Source: Histomonas meleagridis 2922-C6/04-290x (Eukaryota > Protista > Parabasalia). From it: a stretch of DNA of 64,000 bases. Every line of letters begins with the position of its first letter. The first letter of the stretch is position 1. The notes beneath the pieces are model-generated. The model was not told the origin of the DNA and ran no database searches. It was given only the letters and a program-made list of their open reading frames with translations. The stretch is from the NCBI GenBank assembly GCA_020184695.1, contig JAANOX010000004.1:310001-374000 (forward strand), in the 5' to 3' direction. Of the stretch, positions 51,887 through 62,537 are shown one piece after another. The position numbers were made by a program, and so were the translations under genes.

Positions 51887-54520
51887 TCATTCCCATTTTG
51901 AGTTCGCGTTTATCATCTTTATCATCATTTCCTTATAATTATTTGCGTCGCCAATCTTCACCACTATGAATTTATCCTTTTCGTATCTTTTGTTGCATTC
52001 CTTCATTTGTTCCTCGTTTTCGCACAGCACGAACTTTCTTGCGATTGCATTTTCCTTGAACGCCGACCTCACCACGTTTGGCTTATCATCGAACGTAGCG
52101 ATCAAAACTGAACTTTTATATATATCATTTGCGTCAGGTATATCATTAGCTTCATAATTTGCGATGTTACATAAAGCGTACGCTTCTTCGATTGTTTTCT
52201 CTTCGATTGGTAATCTCAATGTAATATTTTTCATTTTATTTAATATTTCTTTGTTCAAATTTGTTAATCCGAACAAGAAATTTGATTTAATTCCATTGTT
52301 ATTATTTTTACCGATTATTGAAATGTAAACTTTAATTGATGAATTTCGTATTAGTTGAGACACGTGAATATTATTTAATCCAATCATTATTAAGTTCTTT
52401 AGTATAGTATATTCACTATAACAATTATTATTACTTGTGATATTTAATGGACTATTAACATTAAATATATATTCCGAAAGATATATATAATTCGAAACAA
52501 TATGCGATGGATTCATATAAATCGTTAATTGCGTGAAGAATGACATTATGTCTTCATAATTATCAGGCTGTGAACCTGACTCGATTTCTAAGATGTTTTT
52601 AGCTTTAATTAAACATTCGTCTAATTCTTGATACTTTAATAAGGGATTATATAACCCGTTCTGAAAGATATATGAAAATCGATGTCCAATTTCATCGAAT
52701 TTGGTCATTTGTTCATATAAATTATTAAATGATTGATTACTACATTTATATTTTTGCTTTAATATGTTATAATGTCGTCGAATATAAACATTCATAATAT
52801 GATCAAATGATTTAAGTTCAGGTCGTAATGTTAAAAATGTTTCGAAGTTGATGACTTCAGATGAAAAGATATGAAACATTATTTGTAATGTACAATTCCC
52901 ATTAAGTTTAGTCTCATTATATTCTTTTAATTCATGTATGTACTTATCAAATGAATCGAAAAATGTCTTCGGATTTTGGACGTAATCTTTTGCGTCTTTC
53001 GGAAGTTGGATTTGACTTTCTGTTCTTCTTTCAATCGATTTACGTAAATTGTTGTTAGGCTTGTTCTCAATCATTATATATATTATTAACTGAATGATCT
53101 CATTGATACTGTTCGTTGTTAATAACTGAATCGTTTGGATTTGTTGATTAAGTTTCGTGGCGATTTTAATTTCATCATTTCCTTGCTTGTTGAATGTAAT
53201 CATGTCGTTTAAATATGAACATAATTTATCAGTATCATAATCACCAATAAGTGAATCTAAGGCTTCAAAACAATATACTTTCGATGGATATTTATGTGGA
53301 TCACCTGAATCAACTAAATATTTGATCATGAATTCACGCGGAGTATTTGGTAAACCGGAATATTTGGAATATGGTGGTACCGTTGGCGAATTCTTAACTA
53401 AGAAAATAAAACGATGCATCATTTGATTCGTGGCTGTTTGCGAATTTGAGGAAATTCGTTGTTTACGCGTGTTAACGGTCTCAGTGTCGATATAACCGCT
53501 GAATGTAAAGCTCTGAATTTCCTTTGATGTGTCAAATGGAATCGGATTACAGCGATAAATACCTTCAAATGTCTTAAACTCATACTCTGTTAAGAACTTC
53601 ATCGATGATAAGTTGGTGATATGCTTTTCTGTGTCTTTTGTGATTTCGGCTTTTTGAAATCTGGTAACTTTGAAATCTTTCATGGACTGTATAAGTTTGT
53701 TTGAAACTTCAGAATTAAGTTGGAGATGCTTAATAAACAGTTTTTGGACTTCGGGTTTAACATTATGGAAAATATGTAATCCAAGATATGCTTTGAGATT
53801 TTCTGAAAATGGCTTTAAAAAACATTGCTCAAAAACCCTGCAGACAGGTCCATCAAACTCATTGAAGAACTTGATGACATATGATGGACAATATGAAAGA
53901 TTCTTTACCCATCCTTTTTGAAGTAAATCAAGAACTTCTGTAGAGTTAAAGTCTTCGCCATAAGAAATGAAATGATCAATGATGGGCCGAAATGCCTTGG
54001 AAACAAAAGTTAGGAAATGAGGTGTGAAAAATAATGAACGAAGATACATATAATTCGACTCTGCTTGACTATTAGACTTGAACAATATACGGATGTATTC
54101 CATGTAACTCTCAATTGAACTCTCGAAAAGAAAATAATTGAAATATGTTGGGATTAAACAAAAAGTAATATAATCAATATAATCATGTTGGGACTGATCA
54201 ATGCTTAAACAGAATGTTGCAAATGTAAGTAATTCAGGAAATTGTGTGGGTGTAGGCTTCATATTTATTATGTTTGACTTATTGAGTTCGAATAATGTTG
54301 GAACACAGGGTTCCAATTCTACATGAAATTTCCGCTTCGAGCATTGCTCAATAACATATAATGTTAAATAATATTTCTTCATCTCGAAAAATATTGATTT
54401 AATTCTTTCGTCAATTGAGCCAAATTGTTTTTGTTTGACATCACGTTCAAGTTCACAAAGGGATTCATCGTTTTTGATGATTTTTTGATTTTCTCTTAAA
54501 GCTTCAACAAATTTTTCCAT
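51887..54520 (-). CDS. Large hypothetical protein, possible VPS9-like segment
   Basis: 877-aa ORF from ATG 54520. EDIMSFFTQLTIYMNPSHIVSNYIYLSEY weakly resembles VPS9 helices. Confidence 0.65.
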   Translation of the reverse strand: MEKFVEALRENQKIIKNDESLCELERDVKQKQFGSIDERIKSIFFEMKKYYLTLYVIEQCSKRKFHVELEPCVPTLFELNKSNIINMKPTPTQFPELLTFATFCLSIDQSQHDYIDYITFCLIPTYFNYFLFESSIESYMEYIRILFKSNSQAESNYMYLRSLFFTPHFLTFVSKAFRPIIDHFISYGEDFNSTEVLDLLQKGWVKNLSYCPSYVIKFFNEFDGPVCRVFEQCFLKPFSENLKAYLGLHIFHNVKPEVQKLFIKHLQLNSEVSNKLIQSMKDFKVTRFQKAEITKDTEKHITNLSSMKFLTEYEFKTFEGIYRCNPIPFDTSKEIQSFTFSGYIDTETVNTRKQRISSNSQTATNQMMHRFIFLVKNSPTVPPYSKYSGLPNTPREFMIKYLVDSGDPHKYPSKVYCFEALDSLIGDYDTDKLCSYLNDMITFNKQGNDEIKIATKLNQQIQTIQLLTTNSINEIIQLIIYIMIENKPNNNLRKSIERRTESQIQLPKDAKDYVQNPKTFFDSFDKYIHELKEYNETKLNGNCTLQIMFHIFSSEVINFETFLTLRPELKSFDHIMNVYIRRHYNILKQKYKCSNQSFNNLYEQMTKFDEIGHRFSYIFQNGLYNPLLKYQELDECLIKAKNILEIESGSQPDNYEDIMSFFTQLTIYMNPSHIVSNYIYLSEYIFNVNSPLNITSNNNCYSEYTILKNLIMIGLNNIHVSQLIRNSSIKVYISIIGKNNNNGIKSNFLFGLTNLNKEILNKMKNITLRLPIEEKTIEEAYALCNIANYEANDIPDANDIYKSSVLIATFDDKPNVVRSAFKENAIARKFVLCENEEQMKECNKRYEKDKFIVVKIGDANNYKEMMIKMINANSKWE

Positions 54521-54647
54521 TGTCAACCCAAAAAATTACTATAGACGGTTTTAGCGGTTATTCATATACTTACACTTTTATCTAAACTATTGAAGGAAAA
54601 AGAAACAAAATCACATAATTAAAATGATTTGGAATCTTGCAATTTAC

Positions 54648-55304
54648 TCAATCATCCCTAGCTAATTTGACTCCAAGATCGTATGCCTTTTGTAGATCAA
54701 TTGGGAATTGCTCTTCGTGCACTTTCCTTTTATGTTCTTCACTCATTGTCTCGATGTGGTATTTCTTATAGTCATTGCATTGCAAAGTATCAAATGCTCT
54801 CACTGCTTCACAATTACCAAAAATTTGCCTTAAGAATATCTCCGTAGTAACAGGCATTATTGAGAGTTTTTGTTTGGAAGAGTTATCAAACCATTCTTTT
54901 GAAATATTCATTGTGGTTATAAATCCAACCTTTGCTTTTCCTTTGTATCGAGACATTGGTGATTTATATAAATGGTTGACAAACATCAACCTTTCAAGTA
55001 AGCATCTCATCATACCACTTTCGCTGAAGAAATACAATGGAGTTCCGAAGCACATTGCTTTGTATGATTCACATTCTTTAATATATTTTGTAAGATCATC
55101 ATTAAGAGAACAAACACCCATTTTATCATCAGTTAAGTGGCAACTTAGACATCCTTGGCATCCTTTGAAATTAAGATCAGAAAGATGTACCAATTCCGTC
55201 TGAGCTCCTTGAGATGATGCTCCTTCTAGGAACTTTTTTAGCATTTGAGCTGTGTTGCCATTCTTCCTTCCACTTCCATTAAATGCCACGACTTTCTTCA
55301 GCAT
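54648..55304 (-). CDS. Iron-sulfur flavoprotein / NADPH-dependent FMN reductase family
   Basis: NGSGRKNGNT FMN loop, CxxCxxC-x9-C and GTPLYF...LLERL. Confidence 0.88.
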   Translation of the reverse strand: MLKKVVAFNGSGRKNGNTAQMLKKFLEGASSQGAQTELVHLSDLNFKGCQGCLSCHLTDDKMGVCSLNDDLTKYIKECESYKAMCFGTPLYFFSESGMMRCLLERLMFVNHLYKSPMSRYKGKAKVGFITTMNISKEWFDNSSKQKLSIMPVTTEIFLRQIFGNCEAVRAFDTLQCNDYKKYHIETMSEEHKRKVHEEQFPIDLQKAYDLGVKLARDD

Positions 55305-55756
55305 AAGAAATGAGATTACAACGTGTCATTTTTTTTAAGCATTCAAAATTGATGAATTAGCGTAAACTAAAATTATTCAATTTTTGACTGAAACGGTTCC
55401 AGAAAATGTAAACTATTCTATTAATGTGAGCGAAGTTTCAGCTTCTTCTTGCCCATTTCCCATATTCATTAAATCTTCTCTATGTTTTAAACTTACTAGC
55501 TACCTTAAAAATATATTTTATCTTTAATATTATTTTTCATAATTAATCAAACCTAAATCTGAATTGTATCTTTCAAAAAAAAAAAACTTGATGATTCCAA
55601 TATTATGTCCAGGAAACAGGTTAAGCAAGCTTCGTTTCACCTCAAATACCGGATCTCGTTTTTCTAAAAAGGATATTTAATGATTATGATATTTTTACTT
55701 AAAATCACTATTTATCTACAAAACATAATTTTACATATACATAGTATATCTAAATT

Positions 55757-56743
55757 TTATTTATTTTTCTTTGGTATTGGAAGATTTGGAAGTGGCGGAT
55801 TTGGATAACTTTGATTTCCAATCAGCTTTTTCCTAAGGTCATCTTCCGACAGTTCATTGTAAATATTTTTATGGATGATTAATTTTTCCAAATATATTGG
55901 AGATATATCTACTCCAAATTTAGAATTCAAGTTATACTTCCTTTGCTTTTCCAAAAGAGCTATATAACAGTAAACAAGTAACTTACCATATAAGTGAACC
56001 AAATTTTTCCATTGCGGCGTGAGCGGTTTTGGAATTGATCCACCATGCAAAAATGAATCAAACTTTATTTGAAAGAGCCAGTAAAACATTTTCATGTGCT
56101 CGCAAACATCTTTGCCTGATTTGTTGATTGCAAGCGTTTTCTCGAAGTCATCAAGATAATGTAAATTTGTAATTGTTCCAAAATATAAAAATGTGTTATA
56201 AAGCTTATCAAGTTGATTCCACTGATGGGAATAAATCCAGTCAGTTGCACCTGGACAAATAATTTGGATATTAGTATCTAATAAAATATCAACAATTCCT
56301 TGTGGAATTTTGGGGGTCTTCGAACGGGGATCAAAATAGACAGTGAGCAATGGAGTGGAAAAGCTTAGCAAAGAGATCTCATCACTTTTTTCGGAAAAAA
56401 TCATTAACGACATTAATTTAAAATGAGCTGCACTCTCCTTGAGCTTGTTAAGAGTTTCTTCATCTTCGTCATCTTTGCCATAAACCAGTAAAGTTTCACC
56501 AGGTAGCCATTGTAATTTGGGCATCGCTTCGAACATATTTTTTGTGTAAATTGTCCTCTGTTTTGTTGCTTTGCTTTTTGTTTGAAATTGACGATTCAAA
56601 GGATCAAAATCAGTTGAGTAAATAACATGTTGTTCCTCTGGTTGATTTACAACTTCTTGCAAAAGCAACTCTGTTTCCAAGTCGTCATCATCTTCGCTGT
56701 TTTCGCTATCATTGCTCTGTTCATTAGGATTACCCCAGTTCAT
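55757..56743 (-). CDS. Hypothetical protein, possibly a degenerate DnaQ-like 3'-5' exonuclease fold
   Basis: 328-aa ORF with an acidic N-terminus; the fold guess is weak. Confidence 0.55.
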   Translation of the reverse strand: MNWGNPNEQSNDSENSEDDDDLETELLLQEVVNQPEEQHVIYSTDFDPLNRQFQTKSKATKQRTIYTKNMFEAMPKLQWLPGETLLVYGKDDEDEETLNKLKESAAHFKLMSLMIFSEKSDEISLLSFSTPLLTVYFDPRSKTPKIPQGIVDILLDTNIQIICPGATDWIYSHQWNQLDKLYNTFLYFGTITNLHYLDDFEKTLAINKSGKDVCEHMKMFYWLFQIKFDSFLHGGSIPKPLTPQWKNLVHLYGKLLVYCYIALLEKQRKYNLNSKFGVDISPIYLEKLIIHKNIYNELSEDDLRKKLIGNQSYPNPPLPNLPIPKKNK

Positions 56744-57064
56744 GAAGGGATTTATGTTACGATTAAAACGCGCAGAAATTTCGTCACTTTTCGATAAGCA
56801 AATTTGCGCGATTGCAAAAAATCAGTTGATTCCAAAATTATTCATTATAAAACCACTTCAAAAAAAGTAAAAACGCTTTCTTATTATTACTAAAATTTTA
56901 TTTTTTTTCTTGATTTTCTCGAGGTTTAAAAATTTTTATTTTGAAATTAATCAATTAAAATATTATTCAACTTCAATATTAAAATCACTAAATAATTTTG
57001 CATGGTTAGGTAAGTGAATTTCATTATTTAAGTTAGTTTTCGATAAAGAAAAAATTAGACGGCT

Positions 57065-57538
57065 TTACTCAGCATCTGGTTTAGCTTCCTCAGCTGGAGC
57101 ATCTCCTTCTGGTTGTTCGTCATCATCATCATCATCATCATCGTCGTCTTCATCAAAACCTTCCATATCGGCAGGATCAAAATTAAAGTTATTTTCAGCA
57201 TCGTCGTCATCCGATGAATCAACCCAACGGTTCCAATCTACGCTAACATAATGAAGCTTAACTGTTGTTTTAGCAAGTCTTGGCCACCAAACTGTTTGAT
57301 CCTTCTTCTTCAAAACAATTTCAATTCCACTTGGCCTTACAATGTACTTAGATTCTGCCTTTTCTATTTCTGCGAAAAGCTCTATTTTTGTGTTGTATTC
57401 AATATCTTTTCCATAACTCTTTCCCTTAAAAATGAAGGAATTTCCTTCGATTTGTACTGATGGTTCAACTGCGTCAATAACCTTAACTGTAACAAGAACA
57501 ACATCTTTACGTTGTGCCCAAATGATTGGTGCTTGCAT
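57065..57538 (-). CDS. PTGES3: p23/Sba1 Hsp90 co-chaperone
   Basis: PIIWAQR, WWPRL and VDWNRWVD followed by an acidic tail. Confidence 0.93.
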   Translation of the reverse strand: MQAPIIWAQRKDVVLVTVKVIDAVEPSVQIEGNSFIFKGKSYGKDIEYNTKIELFAEIEKAESKYIVRPSGIEIVLKKKDQTVWWPRLAKTTVKLHYVSVDWNRWVDSSDDDDAENNFNFDPADMEGFDEDDDDDDDDDDEQPEGDAPAEEAKPDAE

Positions 57539-58402
57539 TTGTTCGAAATAAATAACCGCCGCTATAAGTGATCGATCATTTAAAAGTTGTCAGTTCACAT
57601 TTGTATAAACTATTTAAATAATAATCAATTCTGTCAAATTTCTCCATCGTTTTTGTATGGTAAAACTCTTTCAAATTTGGCCAGGAAAAGGAAAGCATGA
57701 TCAACGATTGATTACTGGAGATTCTTGGGCGAAATCAATATAAGATCCTCAGTAATTAATTTTTTGCTTTTTAATTTCGATGTTTATGTACTTTTGAAAA
57801 GATCTTTTTGATTTAAATCTTTTTTTGAAGTCTTCTCCTCCTTTAAACCAATGTTACCTTATTTTGTCCGACCATTTGCAAGTTTGGTATTTGAGATATA
57901 TATGCAAAATTCTATTAAAATTTGACTTAATTATCAAACATATGTTTTGAAAGAAGCCGCAAAATAGTTGCTTTAATGCCTCTATGAATGTTGGATTCTC
58001 GAATGGAAAAAATCATTTCAATTCTTCGAAACACATTTTTGCCAATAAATCTTATCGACATCGTAACGATAGGTGACTTTTGATCGCTGAAATAATTTTC
58101 TGGAATTGATTGAATAATTGAGAGTAATACTTTGAATGATTTTATTTGCTGTTGAAATGGTATGCAATTTATTCTATAAGTATCTCAAATATCCATTGTA
58201 TATTAAATGTATTTTTTCTGATCTTGACAATGTTAAATAAACAATAAAATTAAATTTATAATATACATATTATAGTTATAGTAATATTAAATATATTTTA
58301 ACTCTACATTTTCATGTGTTCCAAATTTTATGTTTCAAATCATTCTGCCAACGGTTGATTTTATTTAGTTGAATTCCTTAACGTCTACGAAAAAACAAAT
58401 AA

Positions 58403-59572
58403 ATGGATCCACAACAATTTGTCAAAACATTACTTGATATACCTTGCAACAAATATTGCGCTGATTGTGGCTGTGCAAACCCACGATGGGCATCAACAAC
58501 AATAGGTGTTTTCATATGTTCAACTTGCGCTGGAATACATAGAAGTTTCGGTACACATATTACGCTTGTTAGATCTTGTGATCTTGATAAGTGGACAACA
58601 GAACAAGCAAGAAGAATGAAAAAAGTAGGAAATGAAATAGGAAATAATTATTGGGAACATAATTTAGATCAGGCTCAAAAAAGAACATTAGTTCACAGCA
58701 ACCTTGGGCTGTTTGTCAAAGACAAGTATATTGGTAAAAAGTGGGCAGACTTTGGTGATCCACCTCCAAACCAGATTAAAGACAATAAATCAAAAGAAAG
58801 CCACTCTTCCAACCTACATAGCACAGATTACTACCAAGGTATAATTAACGATACTAATCAACCTCAATCCACATTAAGCGCCTTCAAATTTTCGAAGCCA
58901 ATAACTGCTCATTGCACCAAAAAGAGCCACCGTGAAAGCAAGAAGCCAAGAGCTTCAGCAGCAGAAAGATTTGGAAAATCCAAATCCAATAATTCAAACA
59001 CTTTTGAAGTCACCCCAGCAAACTCTTCTATTTTAAGTCAAGAAGCAACAATTAGCGACAGCCAAGAAAATGTTTCCAATATAATGGTACAGGATCAAAT
59101 CAAAGATAATGATACACATAAAGAAATTAAGCAAGAAGAGCACAAAACTCCAAAAGAAACCAATGACCCTCAGATAGTTTCAAACGAGTTTAAAAAGAGT
59201 GACTCTAAAGAAGAGATCATAATCATTAATAATAAAGAAGATAACCAAATAACTAAAAAATCCACAGAAAGTGAACAAAAGGAATATCAAGAAATAGACG
59301 TTCTAAGTCCTAAAAAGAGATCGAACCTATCAACAGATAAAAAATATGAAGAATTGAACTTAGGTGCAAGCGAGACTGGGAAAGAAGAAGCTCGCCTCGC
59401 ACTAGATAAAAATAATTTGTCGAGAACATCAGCATACATAAAGACAATTCCGAAATTCGGTCGACCTATCTCTAACAAACACAATTCCGCGAGACAAAGC
59501 ACAGAAATCCGCGTATGCAGCAGCCTTTACGCAAATATTGTCACTAGACCGCGCAGAGAACCCAAAAAATAA
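58403..59572 (+). CDS. ArfGAP-domain protein
   Basis: CADC-x16-CSTCAGIHRSFGTHITLVRS...DKW, then a low-complexity tail. Confidence 0.92.
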   Translation: MDPQQFVKTLLDIPCNKYCADCGCANPRWASTTIGVFICSTCAGIHRSFGTHITLVRSCDLDKWTTEQARRMKKVGNEIGNNYWEHNLDQAQKRTLVHSNLGLFVKDKYIGKKWADFGDPPPNQIKDNKSKESHSSNLHSTDYYQGIINDTNQPQSTLSAFKFSKPITAHCTKKSHRESKKPRASAAERFGKSKSNNSNTFEVTPANSSILSQEATISDSQENVSNIMVQDQIKDNDTHKEIKQEEHKTPKETNDPQIVSNEFKKSDSKEEIIIINNKEDNQITKKSTESEQKEYQEIDVLSPKKRSNLSTDKKYEELNLGASETGKEEARLALDKNNLSRTSAYIKTIPKFGRPISNKHNSARQSTEIRVCSSLYANIVTRPRREPKK

Positions 59573-60218
59573 ACGAGCACTATCCTATTGAATTACTTGA
59601 AAACCGCTTTTTAAAGCATTGAAAAATTGTTTTGAACTTACAAATAATGTCAATTTTAATTCAAAAGCATTCAAATTTTTGTGGTTATTCAATTTCTTTT
59701 TGTGCACATTTGATCAAATCAATCACAACGTGAAATCAAGGAAAAGCAATCAAAAAGAGTTGACCAAAAATACCAACTGGTACCAAATCTATTCGGACTT
59801 ATAATCGGTTTGGGAAGTTTGCAAAAGAATTATAAAATTTATTCTTTTCCATTCTATCATGCAATCATAAGGAATTCTGACTTAAGTGATAAAATAATAA
59901 GAAATTCTTATAGGAAAGTTTCCATTTGTTCACAATAAAATCAGACCTATTTTATTTATTGATTTTGTAAGTGTGATAAAACATTATGAAAAGTGACACT
60001 TTATTTAAAACGATGATCCATCTATTGAAAAAGTGGTCATTTCACAACGGTCACCGCTGTTTCAAACCATTTTCATCAAGCAATCTATTTAAAAAAAATT
60101 CAAAAATTGAATCTCTTTCACATTAATTGTTATTTTACAATTCTAATGAAAATCATAAAATTTCTTTTTGTTAATCAGCCACATAAAAAAATATTTTTAT
60201 AAAAAGAAAATTTAGCAT

Positions 60219-61277
60219 TTAGCAAACATCTTCAGGGTTCGGATGCTCGTCTTTTTCTTCGTCAGGCTTCGGCCCGAGGAGACACGCTGCTATCCTCAGC
60301 CCGAGGTTCTTGTTTTCCTCTTCTGTTTCATAGTCGTCTAACTCACGCAAAACGAAGATAATGTGCGAGTTGATGAGCGTCGACTTACCGATTTCGCTTT
60401 GTGTCAAGAGCATCAAAGTTTCGAGAATGTGAAATCGATTTTCTGGAAGTGGCTCTGGATCGCCAAATATAATTGTTGGGAATGCTTTGTGAAGCATTTC
60501 TGCTGCAGTAATGTTGTCCTCAATTGTCTTTGAGATGAGTGGTCTGACAAGATATGGAAGGATATTAGCTTTTTTGAGCAAGTACTCATGTTGTTTTTGA
60601 TCGAAACAAAGATTACGGATGACGCCAATGATTCCTTGTTTTCTTATTGGATTATCGCCAGATATTGAATCCATAAGAGTTGGCATGAAGAAGTCTGGTG
60701 TCTCGAAGAAAATTTGTCTGCCCTCTGGCATAAGAGTGGCGTTCATTAATACCATAGCTGCATATTCATATTCGTCAGATGGAGATGATGCAATTAGATT
60801 AAGCCCACGAAGAGGAGATGCATGTGGAATAGATGTTGAATCTTGTGGAGTAGTAAATCTAACAGCTAATCGAAGAAGTCTTTGACCTTTAAGATCTTTA
60901 TCTTGCAAATCAAGTAATTGAAGACAACCTGATTTTTGGGTTGTAAGGTTTGTAAGAAGCATTAATCTTTCATGTACAACTGTTGGCTCCGCTGATATAA
61001 TTGCATCGACTAAACGAGTAACAGCCTTAAGACCAATTAATTGGTCAATAGCAGATGGAACATTTGATGTAATATTGATAAGTGTTTCTATACTGTTTTT
61101 AGCAACATCTTTATTTGGAGAAGAAGTGTGTCTAAGAAGATCTGGTACAACTTGCTTTAAAAGAGCGCAATGTTTTTCATCAGCAGATAATGATTTGCAT
61201 ATTTCTGTTACTTGAGCTAATGTATTATCATCAGTCTTTTTTAAGAGGTCAGAAATTGTTCCAATTGATTCTTCCAT
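60219..61277 (-). CDS. HGH1: HGH1 (FAM203) eEF2 chaperone homolog
   Basis: LLTNLT, YEYAAMVLMNAT, IRKQGIIGVIRNLCFD and EPLPENRFHILETLMLL. Confidence 0.82.
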   Translation of the reverse strand: MEESIGTISDLLKKTDDNTLAQVTEICKSLSADEKHCALLKQVVPDLLRHTSSPNKDVAKNSIETLINITSNVPSAIDQLIGLKAVTRLVDAIISAEPTVVHERLMLLTNLTTQKSGCLQLLDLQDKDLKGQRLLRLAVRFTTPQDSTSIPHASPLRGLNLIASSPSDEYEYAAMVLMNATLMPEGRQIFFETPDFFMPTLMDSISGDNPIRKQGIIGVIRNLCFDQKQHEYLLKKANILPYLVRPLISKTIEDNITAAEMLHKAFPTIIFGDPEPLPENRFHILETLMLLTQSEIGKSTLINSHIIFVLRELDDYETEEENKNLGLRIAACLLGPKPDEEKDEHPNPEDVC

Positions 61278-61393
61278 TATGATTTTGGTTCGACCACTTT
61301 TCTGTGGTCATTAAATTTTGGGATTCGGGCACCCCAAACAGCATTCAAAAGTGAATTGATCATGTTATTTCTATCGTCAAAAGTGTACTTTCA

Positions 61394-61999
61394 ATGCGAA
61401 CAGCAAATAGGGTTCGTTGCGAGAAAGTGGTCCTTATAGGTGCTGCTTCTTCCGGTAAAACATCCATTCTTACACGCTTTGCCCAGGGTAAATTTAGCCA
61501 GGAAACAGAAGCTACCATCGGTGCATCTTTCATACCAAAAGTTATTAATGTTGATGGAACTGATATTAAACTTGATATATGGGATACTGGAGGTTCCGAA
61601 AAGTATAGGTCTCTTGCACCATTGTATTATAGGGATGCTCGTGCAGCAATTATTGTTTATGATATTACCAATGAAAACTCTTTTAGAGAAGCTGAACAAT
61701 GGTGTCAAGAATTTAGGGAAAGAGGAACTCCTAATGCTATAATATTTTGTGCTGCAAATAAATGTGATCTTGAACCACAAAGACAAGTATCAAAGAAAAT
61801 GGGCGAAGAGTTCATCTTCCAGAACCAAATCTTGATGCTCCAAAACACATCTGCATTAACTGGTGAAGGTATTAATGAGCTATTTAATAATCTCGGAAAA
61901 GAACTTCTCCAGCTTCCGCCCACAGATTCTGGTGAAGAAATCCAAATCATAGAAGCAGAGAACGGAAAAGGCACTTCCAAAGGAGGGTGTGATTGCTAA
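61394..61999 (+). CDS. Rab GTPase, Rab5/21/22-like
   Basis: GAASSGKT, TIGASF, WDTGGSEKYRSLAPLYYR, NKCD, TSA and C-terminal CDC. Confidence 0.92.
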   Translation: MRTANRVRCEKVVLIGAASSGKTSILTRFAQGKFSQETEATIGASFIPKVINVDGTDIKLDIWDTGGSEKYRSLAPLYYRDARAAIIVYDITNENSFREAEQWCQEFRERGTPNAIIFCAANKCDLEPQRQVSKKMGEEFIFQNQILMLQNTSALTGEGINELFNNLGKELLQLPPTDSGEEIQIIEAENGKGTSKGGCDC

Positions 62000-62537
62000 A
62001 TCTAATAACTTCAGTCAAACTTTTTTAATTTTTTTTTATAAAACTTTTGTGCAAAGTGTAAAAACACTTTTAAAAGTGCAAATAAATTATTATTAATTTC
62101 AGATGCATTCTAAGTCTTTGTGGAAAAGCTTGTGGAAAGCATTATATTATATAAATTTGAATTAATAGACTCACATATTATTGGCATATAAAATGGGGTA
62201 TACAAGGTCTGGAGCAAAAAACGATTGCCCGAATAAAATTTAGTATTTAAATAGTTATTAAATGTTTCTTTTTAATAATTTCCATTTTAATGATAGAATT
62301 CTCTTCGTTGAAATCGACTGCAAATGGATTTCCTGCAATCCTTGTATTCTAAATGCCAGTTGGTGAACAATGTATAAATGCATTATATGATGATTCTGAA
62401 CTTTCAATATTAACATATATTTTCATTAATGTATTCCAAAATAAAATAATGTAAAATTTTCATAATGAGTCATTCTATAAGAATTTTTATAAAAATATTT
62501 ATTATTTATTTATTGCAAATAATTTAAAAAACTCTTT

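Noticed and set aside
57660-58200. Possible decayed coding sequence between p23 and ArfGAP
   Set aside because: Only short protein-like fragments with stops; no family could be recognised.
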